64,000 nucleotides of DNA. Origin: Dehalococcoidia bacterium (GTDB lineage: Bacteria; Chloroflexota; Dehalococcoidia; Lucifugimonadales; JAGWBF01). Position 1 is the stretch's first letter. Every line of letters starts with the position of its first letter. The position numbers and the translations under genes are program-made. Location: the NCBI GenBank assembly GCA_965220375.1, contig OZ244824.1, positions 98,311 to 162,310 of the forward strand, given 5' to 3'. The notes under the pieces are model-generated. The model saw nothing but the letters and a program-made list of their open reading frames with translations. It had not been told where the DNA came from and searched no databases. Below, piece by piece: positions 16,650-26,242 of this stretch.

Positions 16650-17420
16650 ATGCATGACAGATTCTTACCTGGGGTTCCACGTAGGCAAATCGAGGAGATC
16701 TACAATGCCGCACCTGGCAAGGAGATCGTAAACGGGAAATTCGACAGCCCGGAATCCTCAGCTGCTCTTGCCGCCAACACCTTCGGCTTCTTCCTCAATC
16801 GACCGGGCGACCTCCCACCCCTGCCAGGGTTTGAGGATATCGAGTGGCCCGCGACTTCACTAGCCCTTGAGAAGAAAGTATCTCTCCCTTGGCGTGGAGG
16901 CACGCATCCCGTTCTGGATGTGCTAGTAGACACATCATCAGCCCTCATCGGAATCGAGTCCAAGCGCTTTGAGCCTTTCCGGGATAAACCCGAGGCACAC
17001 TTCTCGGATGCCTACTGGCGGGACGTCTGGGGCGATTGCATGAGTGGTTATCAAGGGATCAGAGATGCTCTCCGTGACAATGGAAAGCTATTCAGGTCTC
17101 TCAAGGCTGATCAGCTTGTCAAACATGCCCTGAGCCTGCGGACGCGTACTAGACCTGGCAAGCAATATGCAGGTCTATCGCCCGTCCTCCTCTATCTCTA
17201 TGCCGAGCCTGTCCTGTTGCCGAATTCAAACAAGCGAATTTCCGATGAGGCGAAGGCCGTTCATTGCAATGAGATCAGGTACTTTGCCCAGAGCGTCCGG
17301 GGTGACGAAGTAAGATTCGCGGTCTGCGCGTACCGATACCTGCTGGCGATGTGGAGCCGCAATGCAAACCCGCAAATACGAGAGCACGCGAAAGCAGTGA
17401 TCTGTCACTATTCACCATAG
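16650..17420 (+). CDS. Hypothetical protein with a PD-(D/E)xK nuclease-like motif
   Basis: SSAALAANTFGFF near the N-terminus, then LDVLVD....ALIGIESKRFE (a D...E-x-K arrangement). No recognisable partner gene. The family was not identified. Confidence 0.6.
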   Translation: MHDRFLPGVPRRQIEEIYNAAPGKEIVNGKFDSPESSAALAANTFGFFLNRPGDLPPLPGFEDIEWPATSLALEKKVSLPWRGGTHPVLDVLVDTSSALIGIESKRFEPFRDKPEAHFSDAYWRDVWGDCMSGYQGIRDALRDNGKLFRSLKADQLVKHALSLRTRTRPGKQYAGLSPVLLYLYAEPVLLPNSNKRISDEAKAVHCNEIRYFAQSVRGDEVRFAVCAYRYLLAMWSRNANPQIREHAKAVICHYSP

Positions 17421-18079
17421 GTAGCCGTGTGAATCAACCTGAAAGGATCTAGAACCTTCGCCCTGACACTCGAGTTGGAACCTGTAGTCGGTCACAGTTG
17501 TTCCGCACCATACGAAGGCCCCTACCCGGGTGGTAGACTGGTAGGAGCCCAGAATCGGGCGAATAGGCGCTCTATGCCGAACAATGACTGTGAACTGGTT
17601 GACCTTATCCTCGTCGGCTGCGTCCCCAAACGCCTCGTGCCACATACTGACTGCATGAGAGAGAGTCCAAAGCGCAGTCGGGAAAGGTATGTACGCGTAT
17701 TTCCGAACCGAAGCTAATTCGTCTTGATCGTAGGCCTCTATGTGCACGTCTTTGGCTTGGAGTGAGGTCCACATGCGCTCAGCCCATATTCGGAGGTTGT
17801 CGGCAACATGGCAGACGTAGGCTCCTACCGACCAGACCAGGCTCGGATGCCGTACAGAGAGCCATCCTGGCCTTCAAGGAGCCTAGTGTATCGATCCGGT
17901 ACATCAGTTATAAGGGCCGCGGCAGCCTCCATCGGAGTCGACCAATCGAATCCACATTCCCTACAAGGATTCCCATAAATCTTGGTTCCCCAGGTGTCCA
18001 CTGTCACACCTCCCGGGATTTGGATGACCCGATTAGATGCTTCTGCACCCTCTGACCAGAAGGAAATCTTGATGAACAT
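17412..18079 (-). pseudogene. DinB-like (DinB_2-type) protein, frameshifted
   Basis: ORF 17825-18079 (..CRECGFDW...RYTRLLEG) ends at ..AWSGR*. A shifted frame reads LVWSVGAYVCHVADNLRIWAERMW, continuous with ORF 17412-17774. One indel near 17830 is implied. Confidence 0.55.
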
Positions 18080-18169
18080 CGGGCGTACTCTGTGTCTAGC
18101 TCACTGGCTGGAGGACGGATCTATCACCTCGTGCTTGAACACGCTCCCTGTACACGAGCTAGCAGATGG

Positions 18170-18310
18170 AGGTGCTTGCCTTGGTTCGGGGCAACGTTAT
18201 ATAGTCAAGGCAGAGGTAGACAGGCTGGAGGGTAAGCTGGACCGGTTCATCACGCTTGCCAAATGTGCGTCCACCGACATAGGTTGCATCAATCTCAATC
18301 TCCCCAAATA
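18170..18310 (-). pseudogene. Possible IS1595-family transposase scar
   Basis: The minus-strand translation contains FGEIEIDATYVGGRTFGKRDEP, resembling the conserved vEvDEtyvGGk..gkRG block. There is no intact ORF context. Confidence 0.3.
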
Positions 18311-18320
18311 GGAGGACATC

Positions 18321-18539
18321 ATGGAAATCAAAGCCAATCTGGATGCGGTGTTGGTTGGGAGGATACTGGCGGGAGTGATAATCGTCGTCAGTTTTGCCTA
18401 CAGTGTCAAAGCTGCGGCGAGTGCGCACAGCGACGGGTTCTGGTTGTTCCTCGGCTCTTTTGCAACCCCCTTGGCGTTGTCGTTCGTGGTCATAATGGCG
18501 ACGGAGATTCTGAGAGAGTTGAGGGGACGGAGCGAGTAG
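18321..18539 (+). CDS. Small hypothetical membrane protein (two predicted TM helices)
   Basis: Good RBS (AGGAGGA, 5-6 nt before the ATG) and two hydrophobic stretches. It overlaps antisense to the transposase scar, so coding status is uncertain. Confidence 0.35.
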   Translation: MEIKANLDAVLVGRILAGVIIVVSFAYSVKAAASAHSDGFWLFLGSFATPLALSFVVIMATEILRELRGRSE

Positions 18540-18585
18540 CATGGATAAAGTTGCTATCACCCGGTTTATGCTGGGGGGGCCGTTA

Positions 18586-18605
18586 CCCTAAAAGCAAACG
18601 GAACC
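18586..18605 (+). repeat. B element half copy (right arm only)
   Basis: CCTAAAAGCAAACGGAACC matches the right arm of B1/B3. Confidence 0.6.
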
Positions 18606-18615
18606 GACGCCATCA

Positions 18616-19161
18616 TTGCCAGCACGTCAAGGATGTGAGATGAGAGATACGCGCATGATTGCTAGTGGTTTGAGTGCTGGCCGGACCTGTTGGGCAGCGG
18701 GTGTGCTGGTTGCGGCAGCCCTGCTGCTACTGGTGGTCGGGTGCGGGGGAGGCAATGGAGGGCAGGACAGCCCCGGTTCCTCCGCCATCTATGGCATAGC
18801 GGCGTATGCCGAGCACAGTTGCAGCAGGGAGGGCGTCCAGAACTGGGTGACGACCCTCGACGGTGGCACTTGGGGCGAGGCCTTGGAGCTAGTTGAGGCG
18901 CACCTAGAACACCAAGCGAGCTACGATGGCCCGCTCTCGGTTGAGTTCAGGAGAGGGTTTCACGAGCCTTGGCTCAAGGCTCTGGGGCAAGCGGCTGACA
19001 CACTCAGAACAGAGGACGCCGATGAACCCTACGACGAGGACCGGCTCCAAGAGTTAGTAACCCAGCCGGCGGCATTCGATGATGCTATTGCGCACTCTGC
19101 AGAGCAGTTCGCGGAAGCATGCCAGAAGGCCATAGCCAGCTGGGGTGGGGGGCCGGGCTAG
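18616..19161 (+). CDS. Hypothetical lipoprotein
   Basis: Signal with lipobox (..LLLLVVGCGGGNGG). No recognisable domain. The true start may be an internal Met. Confidence 0.55.
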   Translation: MPARQGCEMRDTRMIASGLSAGRTCWAAGVLVAAALLLLVVGCGGGNGGQDSPGSSAIYGIAAYAEHSCSREGVQNWVTTLDGGTWGEALELVEAHLEHQASYDGPLSVEFRRGFHEPWLKALGQAADTLRTEDADEPYDEDRLQELVTQPAAFDDAIAHSAEQFAEACQKAIASWGGGPG

Positions 19162-19261
19162 AAGAGCCAGCCTCAAGTTGACAGGAGATTGCAAGGGTGA
19201 CCAAGCCCGGGACTTTTGGAACAGACACTCGATTAGTGGAACAGGGGGCATTTTCGGAACA

Positions 19262-19580
19262 CGGCCCTGTCGCTGGTAAGCCTCTCCTTCCCAGCCTCCA
19301 TGAACTTCTTGGTCCAGGAGTAGTAGGAATGGGGCTTGATTCCCTCTCGCCGCCACAGGTCACTCACGGTGACCTCGCGGCGGAAACCCTCCAGGACGAT
19401 GCGTATCTTGTCTTCCGGGGTCTACCTGCGCTTGGCAGCAGCCTTAACGGTGCGGACGAAGGACCTGGTTGCCTCTGTACGTTCATCAGCGGCGGTAGCT
19501 TTACCTGTTTCTGTCTGGGCCACTCCTCCATCTGTGAAGTATCTCCTGCATGTAAAGATACAATGGGACACCTGAGGGGG
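19262..19580 (-). mobile_element. IS-A fragment (left end + 5' part of orfA), inverted and abutting copy 2 head-to-head
   Basis: Alternate-frame ORFs on opposite strands translate to nearly the same peptide (MIPSRRHRSLTVTSRRKPSRTMRILSSGVYLRLAAALTVRTKDLVAS., 19336-19575 plus strand and 19501-19836 minus strand), showing an inverted duplication of about 300 bp. Confidence 0.8.
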
Positions 19581-21084
19581 TAGAAGAACCCGACAGATTT
19601 GAGGTGAGGTCAGCTCTCTGGATGAGGTAGATTACTTCAGATAGAGGAATGGTCCAGACAGAAACAGGTAAAGCAACCGCCTCTGATGAACGCGCAGAGG
19701 CAACCAGGTCCTTCGTCCGCACCGTTAAGGCTGCTGCCAGGCGCAGGTAGACCCCGGAAGACAAGATACGCATCGTCCTGGAGGGTTTCCGCCGCGAGGT
19801 CACCGTGAGTGACCTGTGGCGGCGAGAGGGAATCAAGCCCCACTCCTACTACTCCTGGACCAAGAAGTTCATGGAGGCTGGGAAGGAGAGGCTTACCAGC
19901 GACAGCGTGCGGGATGCCACCCAGGAGGAGGTCCATCAGCTCAAGCGGGAGAACGGAGAGCTAAAGCATCTGGTCGCCGATCTGTCCCTGGAAGTATATC
20001 GTCTCAAAAAAACATCCATACCCATGCCCCAGGGCGCCGGCGGTATCGGCAGATGAGTGGCCCAGAGAAGGCAGAGGTGCTGGACAAGGTGGCCTCATCT
20101 CCTCTGCCCAAGCGCAGGGTCCTCAGCGAGCTGAACGTTCCCAAGAGCACCTACTACCGGTGGCTAAGGCGGAAGGAGCAGCAAGGACTTGATGACGATG
20201 TGGGAAGAGGCAAGCCCCCGTAGAACAGGCTGACATCCCTGGAAGTCGGTCATGTTCTGTCGGCAGCCAGGGATATGCCAGACCTGAGTTGCAGGCAGTT
20301 GTCAGCATGGACCGCCGACAATAGGGGATTCTCCGTATCAGAGGCTACGGCCTACCGCATCCTGCGGAGGGAGGGGCTGGTGAAGAAGCCTGAGATGCGG
20401 CTGGCTGCGGGCAAGGAGTACCATCGGAAGACCACCAGCCCCCACCAGATATGGGCCACCGATGCCTCCTACTTCAGGGTAGTCGGATGGGGCTACTACC
20501 ACATGGTCACCGTCATGGACGACTACTCCAGATTCATCCTGGCCCACAAGCTTCAGAGGGACATGACCTCCAACTCCTTCACCGAGGTAGTGCAGGACGC
20601 CGCGGACAGGACTGGTATGGACCAGGTCCCTGTAGAAGACCGGACCAGGCTGCTGAGCGACAACGGCCCCGGCTATGTATCCAAAGCCTTCAGGGACTAT
20701 CTGGGCATGGTGGGCATCAAGCACATACTGGCAACACCCTTCCACCCTCAGACCAATGGGAAGCTGGAGCGCTACCACCAGATCCTCAAGCGTGATGTGA
20801 ACCAACTACCGTACGAGTTGCCTGCAGACTTAGAGGCGGCCATCGTGGCCTTCGTCAGCTACTACAACTACCGGCGCTATCACAAGGCCCTGGGGAACGT
20901 GACGCCCTCGGATGTCCTCAAGGGAAGGCGACCGGAGATCCTACGACGGAGGAAGGAGGTGCAGGCCCAAACGATTCAACGGCGAAGACGCCACAACAGG
21001 GCCCCTAAGGGAGCTGGCTAGACCTCAATCAGACCCCTGATCTCTCGGGTCTAAAACTGTCCCAGTTTTGCTGGTTGCCAACAG
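19562..21084 (+). mobile_element. IS-A copy 2, degenerate
   Basis: Collinear with copy 1 from AATGGGACACC to ..TTGCTGGTTGCCAACAG. It carries premature stops in both ORFs. Confidence 0.85.
19649..21021 (+). pseudogene. IS-A copy 2 orfA/orfB with nonsense mutations
   Basis: orfA has TAG at 19748-19750 where copy 1 has TAC (Tyr). orfB has TAG at 20221-20223 where copy 1 has TGG (Trp, ..NPPWNKL..). Confidence 0.85.
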
Positions 21085-21150
21085 TCCTACTGTGTGGAAG
21101 AAGAGTTCACGGAATCAGCGCAGGATCATATGTCCAGAGCGAACCTCAGC

Positions 21151-21185
21151 GTGAGAGTTCTTGATTTCGTCAAGTCTGGTGGCGG
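21151..21185 (+). repeat. R1 hairpin-core repeat, copy c4
   Basis: GTGAGAGTTCTTGATTTCGTCAAGTCTGGTGGCGG. Its inner flank is cut about 65 nt away by the IS-A copy 2 right end. Confidence 0.8.
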
Positions 21186-21302
21186 AGTTGAAACTGCCGA
21201 CAGCAGCACTAGGAGAGACGACCCGAGGTCATCTGCTGTCTTCCATCCCGTGGAGACTCACGGTGTTGGGGAGCCTGAGTAGCAACCGGCGGGGTGGCAG
21301 GT

Positions 21303-22367
21303 CTAATCCGCGTCCGCGGTGGGAGGCGAGGCCAGATGCTGCCGGACGCAATCTACAAGACGCCGGGCTTGGCCTTTGACGCCAGCTTTATTGTTGTGGT
21401 CGAAGTAGAAACTGTAGGGTTCGATTGTACTGCCTTCGAACTTGACGCCGGAGGAGATCATCCCATCGTTGTATCCGACGTCATCGATGCGGTCGTAGGG
21501 CAGTTCTATTTCCCTGGAGCCGAGCGCACCACTCCGCAACAGGAGGACACGGCGGTCTGTAGCGACTGCGATACCCTCGTGGCCTGTCTTGCCCCCCCCA
21601 CGGAAGGTGGAGGCCTCGAAATCGTTGGGCAAACCCCAGCGGCCTCCCAGCCAGTACTCGATGTTCTCGTCGCCATCAAGGATCTCGTGGAGCTTCTTGC
21701 GTTCACCCTCGTACTTCTTGAGATTGGCGCCCGAGACATTGGTAAGAAGGCGGCTAAGAAGTCCGGGATTCATCCGGCCGGCCATTGCGGAACGCTCCTG
21801 CCACTGGGCGTCAATGCGTTCAGTCTTGCTCATTCCGAAGACTTGACCGCCCGAGGAGGGAGCGACAGTTGCGGGGGGAGCGACAGTTGAACGAGGCGCG
21901 GTCTGGAGTTGCTGCACCAGTTGGGCGAAGCGGTGGCCCGCTTCGCCGTGGATATCCCGGACTTGGAAAGGGTCGTCCTGCCCCCACCCGGCCCAATTAT
22001 GGATACCGTTGCCGGCCACGGTTACTACTCCGCCTCCGTGTTCCACTGTGTGTTCCACTGCCGTGATGCTGGGCAATGGCATCCGGGTCACAAGTTTGTT
22101 GAGGCCCTTGTGGGCGATGAAGTGGACGCTGAGGTCGGTGACGACGGCGGCACCCTTGAGCTTTTGCTGCCGCAACACAAGTCCCGCGCCCTCGGCGAAT
22201 GCCGACTCGGGCCCCCAAGTACAGCCCACCAGCCCCATGATGTTTTCATCTTGGTCCAGGTAGTCGTAAATCAGCTTGCGCTCGCGGTCGTGCTTTTCCT
22301 GACCCCATGAGAAAGCCTGCTGTCCCCACTGGGCATCAACCCGGTCGCGCAGTTCTTTCGTCGCCAT
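21303..22367 (-). CDS. Hypothetical protein with two tandem bacterial PH-like (YokE/bPH-type) modules
   Basis: Internal duplication: R.DAQW....E.....L...LD.DENI......G.WG.... then TD..V......G.......LP...I..V. Domain naming is from motif resemblance only. Confidence 0.6.
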   Translation of the reverse strand: MATKELRDRVDAQWGQQAFSWGQEKHDRERKLIYDYLDQDENIMGLVGCTWGPESAFAEGAGLVLRQQKLKGAAVVTDLSVHFIAHKGLNKLVTRMPLPSITAVEHTVEHGGGVVTVAGNGIHNWAGWGQDDPFQVRDIHGEAGHRFAQLVQQLQTAPRSTVAPPATVAPSSGGQVFGMSKTERIDAQWQERSAMAGRMNPGLLSRLLTNVSGANLKKYEGERKKLHEILDGDENIEYWLGGRWGLPNDFEASTFRGGGKTGHEGIAVATDRRVLLLRSGALGSREIELPYDRIDDVGYNDGMISSGVKFEGSTIEPYSFYFDHNNKAGVKGQARRLVDCVRQHLASPPTADAD

Positions 22368-22473
22368 GGTTTACCTCCTTGCTGGTTGCCCCATGCCTCT
22401 CGATCTGTTTTTGAAGGCCTGGGCAAACCACGTGCAATCCCCGCAGAGTCGAGAGAAGTGGCACGCCTGGGAC

Positions 22474-23694
22474 TCAACAGTTGGCCCGGTCTTCGATATA
22501 CAGGTGGCGCAACGCACCCGATAGACACGGGAAATCATTGCCATAAATCTCAATCTCGACTCCCCGCTCAACCATGTTCCACACCTCGGAAGGTATCTCC
22601 CCGCTTAGCTGGTTTTCGTGTAGAGTCAGACTCTTCAGGTTATCGAGGTTACCCAACTCGGAAGGTATCGCCCCGCTTAGCTGGTTTTCGTCTAGATTCA
22701 GACTTTCCAAGGTATCGATGTCGCCCAACCCGGAAGGTATCGCCCCGCTCAACTGGTTTCCGCTCAGGCTCAGCGATTCAAGCCTGTAGAAGTTTCCCCA
22801 CTCGGCTGGTATCTCCCCGCTTAGCTGGTTTCCGCTGAGGCTCAGGCCTAGTAGGTCTGAGTGGTTGCCCAGCCACGGCGGTATCCCGCCGCTCAATTCG
22901 TTATTAGAAAGGTGTAACTCCACTAGGTTGATGTTGCCCAACTCTGGTGGTAACGCCCCGCCCAACTGGGTGTTTTCGATGCGTAGCTCATACAGCTGCC
23001 AGAGGTTGCCTAGTTCAGGCGGTATCCCCCCACTAAGCCCCTCACCACGGAGCCACAGGTGTTGAAGGCTGGCCAGGTTGCCCAGCTCCGGGGGAATCTC
23101 CCCGGTCAACCCGTTCCCTTCGATTGACAAATCCCTCAGGTTGGAAAGGTTGCCCAGCTCCGGGGGAATCTCCCCCGTGAACCCGTTCCCCTGGATTGAC
23201 AAATTCGTCAGGTTGGAAAGGTTGCCCAGCTCCGGGGGAATCTCCCCCCTTAAATCGACGCCATGGAAGCCGCCAAAGAGGCCCAGTATTTCCAGGGCTC
23301 CGAGGTCGCCCAACTCAGAGGGAATCTCCCCGCTCAACCCCCCTCCAGACGCTGACCCCCCTATCCGCAACCAAATCACGCGGCCGTTGTCGTCGGTCGT
23401 GACTCCAGACCATTCGCCCAACGGCGCGTCGCTCAGCCAGTTTTCGCTGTCCTCCCAGTTTGGCCCGTCCAGCGCATTGTAGACGGTGACCAGGATTTCC
23501 CTGTCCGTTTCGGGCGAGCCCGGTGCAGGCGCACGGACTCTCTCGGTCGCCTCGGTGGCAGGCGCAGCGGTGGCAGCATCTTCTCCAGGCACTGCATCCC
23601 CGCCACAGGCGGCGAGCAGGGCGACCAGAATCAGCGCAAGGGCACAAAAGCGCAGGGGAGTGCGCCAAGTCGTCCCATGGAACATGTTGGTCAC
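22474..23694 (-). CDS. LRR lipoprotein (about 11 LRRs)
   Basis: Signal LILVALLAACGGD. N-cap DREILVTVYNALDGPNWEDSENWLSDAPLGEWSGV. Plant-type LRRs. Confidence 0.9.
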   Translation of the reverse strand: MTNMFHGTTWRTPLRFCALALILVALLAACGGDAVPGEDAATAAPATEATERVRAPAPGSPETDREILVTVYNALDGPNWEDSENWLSDAPLGEWSGVTTDDNGRVIWLRIGGSASGGGLSGEIPSELGDLGALEILGLFGGFHGVDLRGEIPPELGNLSNLTNLSIQGNGFTGEIPPELGNLSNLRDLSIEGNGLTGEIPPELGNLASLQHLWLRGEGLSGGIPPELGNLWQLYELRIENTQLGGALPPELGNINLVELHLSNNELSGGIPPWLGNHSDLLGLSLSGNQLSGEIPAEWGNFYRLESLSLSGNQLSGAIPSGLGDIDTLESLNLDENQLSGAIPSELGNLDNLKSLTLHENQLSGEIPSEVWNMVERGVEIEIYGNDFPCLSGALRHLYIEDRANC

Positions 23695-24063
23695 CTCCGA
23701 ATATTCAAAAAAGAGAGATTACTATTGATCCTAGCACTATAACTGATCACGGCACATTCTCAAAATCCCGCTTTGAGTATTGGGTATTATTCGGGTCTGG
23801 ATGGAATCAATGCGTACGTGGAACCACGAGTGACTGACGGCAGAGTCACTGTTGCTCTGCCTGTAAGTGGCTCCTTGGAAAGCGAGACGAGCATACTCTC
23901 CGGAGTAGACCGCTACGCCTCTCAGCAGACTCAACACCCCGCCACTGCCGTGGCTGCGCCTCACATGATGGGTCAGCGCTTTGACCACATCCCTCCACAC
24001 TAGTTGGCCCTCGCCCAACGAGCAAGCCCCAGCGTCTGCTACAAAACCAAGGTGAACCGGATC

Positions 24064-24098
24064 GTGAAAGTTCTTGATTTCGTCAAGTCTGGTGGGCC
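24064..24098 (+). repeat. R1 hairpin-core repeat, copy c5 (370 nt upstream of the minus-strand LRR gene start at 23694)
   Basis: GTGAAAGTTCTTGATTTCGTCAAGTCTGGTGGGCC. The tail GTGTAAGACTGAATAACGAGC matches c7 and c8. Confidence 0.85.
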
Positions 24099-24413
24099 GT
24101 GTAAGACTGAATAACGAGCTTTTCGCTGGGAGATCCTGATATAGGGGGTCGGTCAGACGTTCCCGATATCTCCCTACGAGCCTCTCGCCTCTTTGGGTTG
24201 GAGGCTCGTTTCACGCTCTGGACTGAGGGACACCGCTTCCGGCCCTAGCCGACATTATCATCTCCTCGCGCCTCTGGAAGCAAGCGGAACGCGATTCTCC
24301 ATACGTTCCGAACCCTGGGCATGTGCCTGTCAGGCCCACAGGTGACGTATTTCTGCCACATTTCACCTCTATCGTGAGCAGTGTCATAGATACCTCACGA
24401 AGGAAGGGAAAGG

Positions 24414-24950
24414 ATGATGGTCAAGAAACTGATGACGAGAGCGTTCCTGATTGGGCCGGTCCTGGCGACCATGCTCGGTGTGGGGATACTGATCAGCTGT
24501 ACGAGCGACAACGGAGCGGGAGAAGGCCACGATTCCGGCGGCGCAACGGCAGGCCAAGAGGTCTCCGAGAGGGGCGGCGGTGAGTCGGGCGGTGAGCATG
24601 GCGCCGCGGGAGAGGGCACCGAGGGCGGCGGTGCTGAAGAAGCCGGCGGCGAAGAGGGCAGTGAGGCCACGCTGGCGCCGGATGAGACCTTCGACATGGT
24701 CCGGAGCGGCGCACGGCTGATCCTGAGCTATGACGCTTCCAGCAACTCCTTCACGGGCACCGTGGAGAACACGACCAGCAACGTCCTGACACGGGTCAGG
24801 ATCGAGGTACACCTCTCGAACGGAACGGAGCTCGGCCCGACGACTCCGATAGACCTGGCGCCAGACGAAATGGCGACAGTCACCCTGCATTCGACGCAGT
24901 CGGCGTTCACTGGATGGATAACCCATGCCGAGGTTGGCAGCGGGGGCTAA
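24414..24950 (+). CDS. Hypothetical lipoprotein with Gly/Glu-rich linker
   Basis: AGGA-type RBS. Signal GVGILISCTSD. Low-complexity G/E/A linker and a beta-rich C-terminal domain of unknown family. Confidence 0.6.
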   Translation: MMVKKLMTRAFLIGPVLATMLGVGILISCTSDNGAGEGHDSGGATAGQEVSERGGGESGGEHGAAGEGTEGGGAEEAGGEEGSEATLAPDETFDMVRSGARLILSYDASSNSFTGTVENTTSNVLTRVRIEVHLSNGTELGPTTPIDLAPDEMATVTLHSTQSAFTGWITHAEVGSGG

Positions 24951-25009
24951 GGAAGCAGCGGGGAGTCCGGTGGCGAGGGTGGAGGAACAGGTGCTGAGGG
25001 CGGGTGGCT

Positions 25010-26059
25010 TCAGCAGAATGGCAGACCGCTGTAGTAGTCGTCGTCGCTATTCAGTACCCCTCGCAACCCTCCTGGTATGCACCCGGTCAACTGGTTAAAA
25101 TCTAAGCCCAGAACTTCCAGGTTCGAGAGTCTGCCCAGCTCGGGCGGTATCTCCCCACTCAAGTCGTTACCATATAGCTCCAGAATTTCCAGGTTGGAGA
25201 GGCTGCCCAGCTCGGATGGTATCTCCCCACTCAAGTCGTTACCGCCTAGCCCCAGACGTTTCAGGCTGGAGAGGCTGCCCAACTCGGACGGTATCTCCCC
25301 ACTCAAGTCGTTACCGCCTAGCCTCAGACGTTTCAGGCTGGAGAGGCTGCCCAACTCGGACGGTATCTCCCCAGTCAACTGGTTACCGTCTAAGTGCAGA
25401 AATTCCAGGGTGGAGAGGCTGCCCAGCTCGGACGGTATCTCACCACTGAACTGGTTGTCTTCAAGACGCACACTGCCTAGTCTGGGAAGGCTGCCCAACT
25501 CAGGCGGTATCTCGCCGCCTAACTGATTGCCGTGGAGTTCCAGGGCTGCCAGGTAATTGAGGTTGGCAAGTTCCACTGGAATTTCCCCGCTCACCTGGTT
25601 ATCCTTGGTTCCCAGTATTATCAGGTAAGTAAGGCTGCCCAGTTCGGACGGCAGCTCCCCGCTCAGCTGGTTGTCGGTAAGGCGCACATTAAAAACACGC
25701 CCGTCACTGTTAGTGTGGACCCCGTGCCATTCTGCAAGGGGAGCCTCGCTCAGCCAGTTTGTGTTGTTCGTCCAGTTGTCCCCGTCCATAGCATTATAGA
25801 ACGCAACCAGGACTTCCCTATCCGTGGCAACGGAGCCCTGGGGAGACCCAGACTCGCTCTCGGCCCCCTCAGTTGCCGGCGCAGCGACGGTCCCGGACGT
25901 GGACGAGGTCGAAGGCGCGTCGGAGCCGCAGGCCGCGAGCGCCGCCGTAAGGGCCAGCGCAAGGACAACGCTCAACAGGGTTATGTATCTTGTCGTGCGT
26001 GTACGGGTCGTTTTCTTTCCCCCACGGTCTTGACCGGCACCATATATCCACAGGTTCAT
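25010..26059 (-). CDS. LRR lipoprotein (about 9 LRRs)
   Basis: KKTTRTRTTRYITLLSVVLALALTAALAACGSD signal. N-cap DREVLVAFYNAMDGDNWTNNTNWLSEAPLAEWHGV. C-cap GCIPGGL....YYSGLPFC. Confidence 0.9.
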   Translation of the reverse strand: MNLWIYGAGQDRGGKKTTRTRTTRYITLLSVVLALALTAALAACGSDAPSTSSTSGTVAAPATEGAESESGSPQGSVATDREVLVAFYNAMDGDNWTNNTNWLSEAPLAEWHGVHTNSDGRVFNVRLTDNQLSGELPSELGSLTYLIILGTKDNQVSGEIPVELANLNYLAALELHGNQLGGEIPPELGSLPRLGSVRLEDNQFSGEIPSELGSLSTLEFLHLDGNQLTGEIPSELGSLSSLKRLRLGGNDLSGEIPSELGSLSSLKRLGLGGNDLSGEIPSELGSLSNLEILELYGNDLSGEIPPELGRLSNLEVLGLDFNQLTGCIPGGLRGVLNSDDDYYSGLPFC

Positions 26060-26242
26060 ACGTATCGTATAAGGGAGTCGCTATGGGTGTCAATGCTGAG
26101 ACACCCGTTTCGCCACTCCCAAATATGTGTTGGTATGTCGGCTTCCGCGGGGATGAGCGGGCGCCCATGCGCCATAGCCAACATGCGCTGGGAGCGCCGC
26201 CAAAACGATATGCCGTCCGTCCCCGGCTGAGGGCGCGTGGCT

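Noticed and set aside
16650-17420. Restriction-modification system.
   Set aside because: No methyltransferase, specificity or helicase gene is adjacent. Only a single PD-(D/E)xK-like ORF is present, so it is reported as an orphan rather than an R-M system.
17982-18560. ORFs 17982-18311 (plus) and 18159-18560 (minus) as genes.
   Set aside because: They overlap each other. The minus frame contains only a short IS1595-like block within otherwise featureless sequence, and the plus ORF has no motif or RBS. Only the small RBS-preceded ORF 18321-18539 was kept, at low confidence.
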